Source: Candidatus Bathyarchaeia archaeon
GTDB lineage: Archaea > Thermoproteota > Bathyarchaeia > Bathyarchaeales > Bathycorpusculaceae
Length of the DNA stretch: 33,413 nucleotides
NCBI GenBank assembly: GCA_037481775.1
Contig: JBBFKZ010000016.1
Span: 1-33,413 of the forward strand
Direction of reading: 5' to 3'
How positions within the stretch are numbered: position 1 is the stretch's first letter; the number at the start of each line of letters is the position of its first letter. The notes under the pieces were generated by a model. It was given only the letters and a program-made list of their open reading frames with translations. It did no database searches and was not told the DNA's origin. This document shows positions 26,889-33,413 of this stretch, piece after piece. Both the position numbers and the translations under genes were made by a program.

Positions 26889-29075
26889 ATGAAAAAAATT
26901 GCGATAGACCAGCCTGGAAAGGTCGTTCTGCTTAACGGCGATGAAGCGGTTGCCAGAGGCGCAATCGAAGCAGGCATTAAGATGGCTGCCTCTTATCCAG
27001 GTACTCCAGCAACAGAAATTCTGGAGACAATAGCTGAGGTTGCAAATGCTTTTGGAATCTACGCTGAATGGAGCGTAAACGAGATAGTTGCCACCGAAGT
27101 GGCTGCTGGCGCTTCGATGTCCAATGCACGATCCATGGTTTCCATGAAGCATGTGGGATTAAACGTGGCTGCTGACGCTGTTATGACGCTGGCATACACG
27201 GGTGTGGAGGGTGGCATGGTTATCGCGGTCTGCGATGACCCTGCGATGCACAGTAGCCAGAATGAGCAAGATACGAGATATTTTTCTGTTCATTCAAATT
27301 TGCCTCTGTTGGATGCAGGTAACCCGCAAGAAGCTTTGGATATGACGCGGGAAGCCTTTGAAATAAGTGAAAAACTAAAGTTGCCTGTTATAGTGCGGTT
27401 GACCACGCGGGTGGCTCATGGGAAAGCACGAGTAAAACTTGGGAGAATCCAGAAAGCTAACCGGCAAGTTGAGTTTGACAAGAATGGCGCACGGTGGGTT
27501 ATGGTGCCCTCAAACGCTATTAGGCAGCATAAGATTCTGCAGCTTAAACTTGCTGAAGCAAAAAAACTTGTTAATAATTCCAGATTTAACGTCATTGAAG
27601 ACAACGGAAGTCAAGTGGGTATAGTTGGAAGCGGCGTAGGCTATTACTACGCGCGTTCCATACTGGATACAAGTAAATTTTCCTGGTTGAAGTTAGGCTT
27701 CGTATATCCATTTCCGTCAGACATTGTTAAGGAGTTTGCTTCGAAAGTAAAGACGATAATTGTTGTTGAAGAACTGCGCCCTTACCTCGAAGAGAACATG
27801 CAGCGATTAAACCTAAACTTCTTAGGCAAGGAACATCTGGGATTGGATGAAACTGGAGAGTTCACTCCAGACACATTGCGCGAAGCATTTTCAAGGTTAG
27901 GATTATGCGATAAACCAGAAAACCCGGAAGAGTTGGCGCTACCCCCGCGACCACCCGTTTTATGTCCAGGTTGCCCCCACCGGGCTTTCTATTATTCTCT
28001 AAACATGGTTAGTCAATCCATTAATTGCGATCCTCAAAAATGTGTAGGATGCGTTATCTGCGAGTACGCCTGCTCATGGACCAAAGAACAAGTGTTCAAT
28101 CCACTAAAGTCCAGAATACGCGCAATAAGACTTGATCCGTTTTCCAATGCAGCTATAGCATGCAAAATCTGCAAAGAAGCACCTTGCGTAGCCGCTTGCC
28201 CCGAAAAAGCGCTGCGGCAGTCCCCTGAAACCGGAATTGTGGCAGTCGACGAGGACAAATGTACCGGCTGCGGCTGGTGTGTAAGCGCTTGTGATCACGG
28301 AGCTATAACTCTGCATCCAAATAAGCATAAAGCTATTGTTTGCGACATGTGTAACGGTGAACCCGAATGTGTTCGGTTCTGCCCAGAAGGCGCCTTAAGC
28401 TTCTCGGGCAAAACAACTGATAAAATCGTTACAGGCGACATAGGCTGCTACACTTTAGGTGTTCTTCCGCCAGTGAACACTGTGCACACTTGCCTATGTA
28501 TGGGCGCTGGAATTTCGCAGGCAGCAGGGATGTTTCACGCTGGCATAAAAGACAAAGTGTTTGCAGTCATAGGCGACTCAACTTTCTTTCATGCTGGAAT
28601 GCCCGGTTTGCTTAACATAGTATATAACAAAGCAAACGTGTGCGTGATTGTTTTGGATAATCGTTCTGTAGCCATGACCGGGCATCAGCCAACACCGGGT
28701 TCCGGAAAAACCGCCATGGGCACAGATGCAAAAATAATTCGGATTCAAGACATTGCAAAAAGCTTTGGAATCGAAAAAGTTGCAGTTGTTGACCCCTACG
28801 ACGTGCAGAAAACAACCAAAGTGCTACGTGAGATGCTTAGCTATCAGGGCCCATCAGTGATAATTTCTGAGAGACCTTGCCCCCTCAGGATTGAAAGAGG
28901 GCCGGCGCGTGAGGTCTCAAAAGAATGTAATTCATGTGGTATGTGCGTGAAAGTTTTCGGTTGCCCAGCCATCTCTCTAACTGTCGAACGGGCGGAGATA
29001 GATCCAACTCTCTGCTGGGGCTGCGGTGTCTGCGAGCAAGTTTGTCCCTTCGGCGCGATAAGGAGCACTGGTTAG
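26889..29075 (+). CDS. iorA: Indolepyruvate:ferredoxin oxidoreductase alpha subunit with inserted polyferredoxin domain
   Basis: YPGTPATEI, EWSVNE, MKHVGLNVAAD, SSQNEQD, RPPVLCPGCPHR, GDIGCY, GDSTFFH TPP motif, AMTGHQP, C-terminal 2x[4Fe-4S]; plus a 16-Cys insert at aa ~374-510. Confidence 0.93.
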   Translation: MKKIAIDQPGKVVLLNGDEAVARGAIEAGIKMAASYPGTPATEILETIAEVANAFGIYAEWSVNEIVATEVAAGASMSNARSMVSMKHVGLNVAADAVMTLAYTGVEGGMVIAVCDDPAMHSSQNEQDTRYFSVHSNLPLLDAGNPQEALDMTREAFEISEKLKLPVIVRLTTRVAHGKARVKLGRIQKANRQVEFDKNGARWVMVPSNAIRQHKILQLKLAEAKKLVNNSRFNVIEDNGSQVGIVGSGVGYYYARSILDTSKFSWLKLGFVYPFPSDIVKEFASKVKTIIVVEELRPYLEENMQRLNLNFLGKEHLGLDETGEFTPDTLREAFSRLGLCDKPENPEELALPPRPPVLCPGCPHRAFYYSLNMVSQSINCDPQKCVGCVICEYACSWTKEQVFNPLKSRIRAIRLDPFSNAAIACKICKEAPCVAACPEKALRQSPETGIVAVDEDKCTGCGWCVSACDHGAITLHPNKHKAIVCDMCNGEPECVRFCPEGALSFSGKTTDKIVTGDIGCYTLGVLPPVNTVHTCLCMGAGISQAAGMFHAGIKDKVFAVIGDSTFFHAGMPGLLNIVYNKANVCVIVLDNRSVAMTGHQPTPGSGKTAMGTDAKIIRIQDIAKSFGIEKVAVVDPYDVQKTTKVLREMLSYQGPSVIISERPCPLRIERGPAREVSKECNSCGMCVKVFGCPAISLTVERAEIDPTLCWGCGVCEQVCPFGAIRSTG

Positions 29076-29076
29076 A

Positions 29077-29673
29077 ATGAAGCTGGATGTGATTTTCGCG
29101 GGCGTTGGCGGACAAGGTGTAGTGGTATTAAGCGATATTTTCTGTGAGGCGGCACTGCTGGATGGGTTTGATGTTGCAAAAGCAGAAGTTCACGGCATGG
29201 CTCAGCGAGGCGGCTCAATCGTTGCGTACGCCCGAATCGGCGATAAGGTTGAATCGCCTCTAATAGAGCGAGGAAAGGCTGATGTAATATTAGGTTTCGA
29301 GGTTCTTGAAACTGCAAGAGTTCTGCGCATGTTAAAGAATAAAGGCACCGTAGTCATGAACACGAAGTATATACCTCCCAATGTCGTGTTCCAAGACTTA
29401 GCATCTAAACCCGTTAAGATAGATGAGCTAATTGGTGTGATAAGGAAGAAGGCATCTAGAGTTTACGAAATAGACGCTATACGCATCGCCACTGAGCTTG
29501 GGAACCCCATTGTTGTCAACACAGTGCTTCTCGGAGCGCTTTCAGCTATTCCAGAGAATCCTATAAAAAAGGAAACATTAGAGAAGGCCATGTGCGAGCG
29601 GCTCAAAGGGAGGCACCTTGACATTAATTTGAAAGCTTTTCAGCGTGGCAGAGAAAGCGTACTTTTGAGTTAA
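29077..29673 (+). CDS. iorB: Indolepyruvate:ferredoxin oxidoreductase beta subunit
   Basis: GVGGQG, EVHGMAQRGGS, NTVLLGAL, NLKAFQRG. Confidence 0.94.
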   Translation: MKLDVIFAGVGGQGVVVLSDIFCEAALLDGFDVAKAEVHGMAQRGGSIVAYARIGDKVESPLIERGKADVILGFEVLETARVLRMLKNKGTVVMNTKYIPPNVVFQDLASKPVKIDELIGVIRKKASRVYEIDAIRIATELGNPIVVNTVLLGALSAIPENPIKKETLEKAMCERLKGRHLDINLKAFQRGRESVLLS

Positions 29674-29724
29674 TTTTATTAACGCTATATGCGATATTAG
29701 CGAAGAAAAAATGGAGAAGGGATA

Positions 29725-31119
29725 ATGCAAAAGAAGTTAGTTATTGCTCTTATTGCTGTAATCGTAATTATCACCGCAGTCGTTGCTTCATGGCAATTAA
29801 CCCAGCTGCCTTCATCTGAGGCGCGCCCAATCAAGATAGGTTTGGTTGCATGTTATGAAAAAGCTGAGGGCCAAGACATGGATCGCGCAGCTAAACTGGC
29901 AGTTAAAGAGATTAATGACGCCGGTGGAGTTTATGTGCGAGACTGGCATACCAAGGTTCCCATCGAATTAGTTATAGTTGATACGCAAGATGATACACCA
30001 AGTAAATCCGTTGGTCCTGTAACCCGCGCAATAATAGAAGACGAAGTTGACTTGTTGATCGGCGGCTACACAAGCGCCGGCACTCTCGCTAATCAGGTTG
30101 TAGCAATTGAACATCGTGTTCCCTACATAATAACAGGTGCATCGACAAGTCTTGTCACAAGAAGAGGCCCTCAAGGCAATTATGGCGGATTACCTGATGG
30201 CGATACGCGAAGAATTGAAGATGCTGAAGGAATGAGTTACATGTTTCACTATTGTACAACAACTGCTGATTACAGCAAAACTGTAGTTAAGTTCTTTGCT
30301 GAAGAAATGAAACCTTTGCTTGACAGTAAGTATGGCTTTGATTCTTCTAGAAAGCTTAGGCTAGCTATACTTTACCGTGACGATGCTTTTGGCAAGGGCG
30401 TTGCCGCTGATACTAAAGCATTAATACAGAGTTATAATTTGCCCATAGAAATTGTCGCTGAGAGGAGTTACCCAACAACTGCTACTTCCTTCCAAACTGA
30501 TCTCACTGCCGTGAAAGACGCTAGTCCTGATGCAGTGTATGTTGTAGACTTTATCGCGAACACTGCTGAAATTATCAAGGAAGGACAGAGAGACGTAGGC
30601 TTAAACACTGTATACATCGCTGTTGAATGTTGTGAAGACCCAGCGTTCTACACTCTTCTAGGCCCATACGGTCATGAACAACTGTTAGAATCAAAGTTTG
30701 CTCCATATGCTGGTCCTCCATACTATCTTGCTTCAATCGAAAACTACGTGAAAAAATATCAGGAAACGTATGGCACGCTTCCAGGAATGATGGGTGCTGA
30801 CACATACGATGCTTTCTACATAGCTAAAGATGCAATTGAGCGCGCAGGCACATTAGACAAAGCGGCAATTAGAGATGCTTTAGAATCATGCGCTTTAGAT
30901 CAGATATTGATAATAACTGAAACGGGCAAAATAGAATTCAGCACTGGCACAAACTATCACGAGATTGCACCAGTAACTTTCGTTGAGCAGCTTATATGGA
31001 ATGCGGATGTCAACGAGTGTAGATCTGTAATAGTGTATCCTGCAACTGCGCCAGGCGTTGGCAAATTAAAGCAGGCTGACTTTGTTCTGCCAACTGCTTA
31101 CGCACCAGGAAGTCCGTAG
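29725..31119 (+). CDS. livK: HAAT/Liv-type substrate-binding protein with N-terminal membrane anchor
   Basis: Hydrophobic N-terminus, IKIG...AAKLAVKEINDAGGV, GGYTS, DDAFGKG, YDAFYIAKDAIERAG. Ligand not determinable. Confidence 0.85.
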   Translation: MQKKLVIALIAVIVIITAVVASWQLTQLPSSEARPIKIGLVACYEKAEGQDMDRAAKLAVKEINDAGGVYVRDWHTKVPIELVIVDTQDDTPSKSVGPVTRAIIEDEVDLLIGGYTSAGTLANQVVAIEHRVPYIITGASTSLVTRRGPQGNYGGLPDGDTRRIEDAEGMSYMFHYCTTTADYSKTVVKFFAEEMKPLLDSKYGFDSSRKLRLAILYRDDAFGKGVAADTKALIQSYNLPIEIVAERSYPTTATSFQTDLTAVKDASPDAVYVVDFIANTAEIIKEGQRDVGLNTVYIAVECCEDPAFYTLLGPYGHEQLLESKFAPYAGPPYYLASIENYVKKYQETYGTLPGMMGADTYDAFYIAKDAIERAGTLDKAAIRDALESCALDQILIITETGKIEFSTGTNYHEIAPVTFVEQLIWNADVNECRSVIVYPATAPGVGKLKQADFVLPTAYAPGSP

Positions 31120-31134
31120 GCTTTCTTAATCAAA

Positions 31135-31153
31135 CTTTTTTCTTTTATTGTTT
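31135..31153 (+). terminator. T-rich terminator after substrate-binding protein gene
   Basis: TTTTTTCTTTTATTGTTT shortly after stop 31119. Confidence 0.4.
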
Positions 31154-31207
31154 GAGTCTCGTATATTTTAAATATTCATCATGAGAAAATAGGTGGGTCG
31201 ATACTGC

Positions 31208-32080
31208 ATGATTACCTCTGGCTTAATTCAAGCATTGCTTTGGGGGATAGCCAGCGGTTGCGTTTATATACTGTTGGCTACTGGATTAAACATCATCTTC
31301 GGAGTTATGAAACTCGTCAATTTTGCCCATGGTCAATTACTGATGATTGGCGCCTACATCGCTTTTACGGTAACCAGCGCACTTGGGCTAAATGCCTACA
31401 TTGCTATTCTGGTTGCCATGGGCGCTGTTGCTCTAATCGGCGTTGGCCTTGAAAGATTCACCTTTCGCAAGGTTCTTGGAACCGATAAGTTGAATGAAAT
31501 CTTCATCAGTCTTGGCTTAATTTACGTGTTTGAAAACGCTGCTGTTCTTCTCTGGGGGAATACCCCCCAGCAGATTCCAAGTCCACTCAAAGGAACCCAA
31601 CTCTACATAGGACAAATCGCAATTGGTTACGATCGTCTACTGGCCATTTTAATTGTAGGCGTCATACTGTTTGCTCTTTTCCTTTTGCTAAAGAAAACCA
31701 AAATAGGCTTGGCTATGCGCGCAACCAGCCAAAAAAGTAGCGCTTCAATGCTTATGGGTGTTAACATCGAAAAGGTCTATATTTTCACTTTTGCTTTGGG
31801 CGCCGCGTTAGCGGGCGCCGCCGGAGCACTGTACGGAATGATTTTTCCCTTCGATCCAAGCATCGGCGCGCTTCCCACGATCAAAGCTTTTGCCATAATC
31901 ATAATTGGAGGTTTAGGCAGCATACCTGGCGCAGTGATTGGCGGTCTTCTCTATGGTATAGCGGAGAACCTCGCGGTCTACCTTCTTGGTGGAATATGGC
32001 AAGACGCTATAGCTTTCGCTTTGCTCATAATCGTGCTCGTAATTAGACCAACCGGAATTTTCGGTGAGAGAGGTGAATAA
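31208..32080 (+). CDS. livH: HAAT/Liv-type permease (LivH-like)
   Basis: GLNIIFGVMKLVNFAHG, GLAMRA, GGLGSIPGA, RPTGIFG; ATG 31208 (GTG 31193 alternative). Confidence 0.92.
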   Translation: MITSGLIQALLWGIASGCVYILLATGLNIIFGVMKLVNFAHGQLLMIGAYIAFTVTSALGLNAYIAILVAMGAVALIGVGLERFTFRKVLGTDKLNEIFISLGLIYVFENAAVLLWGNTPQQIPSPLKGTQLYIGQIAIGYDRLLAILIVGVILFALFLLLKKTKIGLAMRATSQKSSASMLMGVNIEKVYIFTFALGAALAGAAGALYGMIFPFDPSIGALPTIKAFAIIIIGGLGSIPGAVIGGLLYGIAENLAVYLLGGIWQDAIAFALLIIVLVIRPTGIFGERGE

Positions 32081-33139
32081 ATGGCTATAAAAAAGGCATT
32101 CGCAAACTCGTTTAGTTTAGTTAAGAGCGAAGTAGCGGATTTTTATCGCTCCCAAAAACTTTACCCTGTTATAATCACCCTAATTATCGCGGCGATTATG
32201 CCCTTTTTCGTAAGTAGCTACGTAATTAGTGAAGTCTTAACACCAATGATTATCTTCGCAATTTACGCTTCAAGCTGGAACCTGCTTGCCTCTTCAGGGC
32301 AAGGCTCCTTGGGGCACGCGGCTTTCTTGGGCATAGGCGGCTTCACCTCGGCTTTGCTTACAATCAAATTAGGCTTACCATCAATAGCTAGTCTCTTTTT
32401 GGGCAGCTTGATTTCAGCTGCGATAGGCGTGCTAATAGGCCTAGCATGTGTTAGGTTGAAAGCATGGTTTCTAGCCATGGTTACTTTCGGCTTCTCCGTA
32501 ATCATCGTCACCATTTTCAGCGAATTTGACGAGTTCACCGGTGCCATCATGGGCTTCAGAACTCCGCTTATAGTTGAGCGTGGCATTCCATTTTATTACA
32601 CGGCACTTGTTTTTTCAGCAATTTCTATCTTCATAATTTATCTTATAATGAAATCGAAACTGGGCCTGGCTTTCAGAGCCATACACCAGAACGAGCTTGA
32701 AGCTAAAATGATCGGCATCAACACCGCTAAGTACCGTCTAATCGCTTTTGTTATTAGCACTTTCTTTGCGGGCTTAGCAGGAGAACTTTACGCCCAGTCA
32801 ATCCAATATATTCAAAATTTTATTTTTGCGCCTTACTATTCGTTTTTGCCGCTTATGATGTCTGTTATCGGCGGATTAGGCACCATAGAAGGGCCAATAG
32901 TTGGTTCCGTCATAATTAGAGTAATCGACTCTTACCTGCCCAGTGTAGACTCTGCGCTGGACGGCCTGCTTCACCCCTTATTTCCTAGCGTAAGTCATGT
33001 CGGTCCTCCACTACGCATGTTAGGTCTAGGTGTATTCTTCATTGTGATTGTAATTTTTGCGCCAAAAGGTGTGTCTCCTCTTATAAAGAAAGCATACAAT
33101 TATTTACGCAGTAGCCCAAAGGAGAAAAAAACACGATGA
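32081..33139 (+). CDS. livM: HAAT/Liv-type permease (LivM-like)
   Basis: WNLL..SGQGSLGHAAF, GLAFRAIHQNE, GGLGTIEGP, FAPKG. Confidence 0.9.
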   Translation: MAIKKAFANSFSLVKSEVADFYRSQKLYPVIITLIIAAIMPFFVSSYVISEVLTPMIIFAIYASSWNLLASSGQGSLGHAAFLGIGGFTSALLTIKLGLPSIASLFLGSLISAAIGVLIGLACVRLKAWFLAMVTFGFSVIIVTIFSEFDEFTGAIMGFRTPLIVERGIPFYYTALVFSAISIFIIYLIMKSKLGLAFRAIHQNELEAKMIGINTAKYRLIAFVISTFFAGLAGELYAQSIQYIQNFIFAPYYSFLPLMMSVIGGLGTIEGPIVGSVIIRVIDSYLPSVDSALDGLLHPLFPSVSHVGPPLRMLGLGVFFIVIVIFAPKGVSPLIKKAYNYLRSSPKEKKTR

Positions 33140-33413
33140 AAGGTAAAGATATCTTCCGAGAAAATTTGGGAATCCAAGTTCTTGAAGTAAAAGATGGTTA
33201 CGCAAAGCTCTCTCTGAAATTAACGAAAAACCACATAAACTCTCTGGGTGCAGCTCATGGTGGAGCAATTTTTGCATTAGCCGATTGCGCCTTTGCAGAG
33301 GCTGCTAATTTTGGAGAAAATGTCGCGGTTGCGGTGCAAGTGAGCATTAATTTTCTGAAGCCAGCGTTCGAGGGCGATACTCTTACAGCAGAGGCCGTAA
33401 GGGTATCTGAGGG
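33136..33413 (+). CDS. paaI: PaaI-family hotdog thioesterase, 3'-truncated (not in ORF track)
   Basis: ATG 33136 overlaps the livM stop (ATGA); translation MKGKDIFRENLGIQVLEVKDGYAKLSLKLTKNHINSLGAAHGGAIFALADCAF...SINFLKPA has the N..G..HGG...LAD motif. Confidence 0.88.
   Translation, partial: MKGKDIFRENLGIQVLEVKDGYAKLSLKLTKNHINSLGAAHGGAIFALADCAFAEAANFGENVAVAVQVSINFLKPAFEGDTLTAEAVRVSE

Noticed and set aside
1-33413. tRNA/rRNA, CRISPR arrays, IS elements, defence systems
   Set aside because: Intergenic gaps are all about 300 bp or less, with no cloverleaf, repeat-spacer array, terminal inverted repeats or transposase/integrase seen by eye; a tRNAscan/Rfam search was not possible.

Overview
Archaeal (TACK-like, most plausibly Bathyarchaeia; inferred from protein style, TATA/BRE promoters and GGAGGTGA-type SD sites) amino-acid metabolism super-cluster. 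Left to right: 3' end of a GXGXG glutamate-synthase-domain-3 gene; a thermosome subunit; lysM (Lrp) divergent from lysW-lysX-lysY-lysZ-lysJ-lysK; a convergent thrC-hom-aspartokinase operon; an HTH+ACT regulator divergent from argG-argH-carA-carB; the methanogen-type homocysteine trio (DUF39-CBS, NIL-ferredoxin, UPF0280/ApbE-like); and an aryl-acid module (ACT protein, livG/F, paaK-like CoA ligase, iorA/B, livK/H/M, partial paaI). No RNA genes, CRISPR arrays or mobile elements were recognised. Most unusual signals: (1) a 52-bp ungapped promoter element (41/52 identical, palindrome plus BRE/TATA) shared by the lysW and argG promoters, suggesting an undescribed arginine regulon; (2) two operon-leading genes (argG, DUF39-CBS) whose conserved N-termini have no ATG/GTG/TTG and which show ACG just after an SD site; (3) an IorA with an in-frame 16-Cys CooF/HydN-like ferredoxin inserted in its core; (4) a LysX with a ~70-aa insert and atypical substrate-signature residues.
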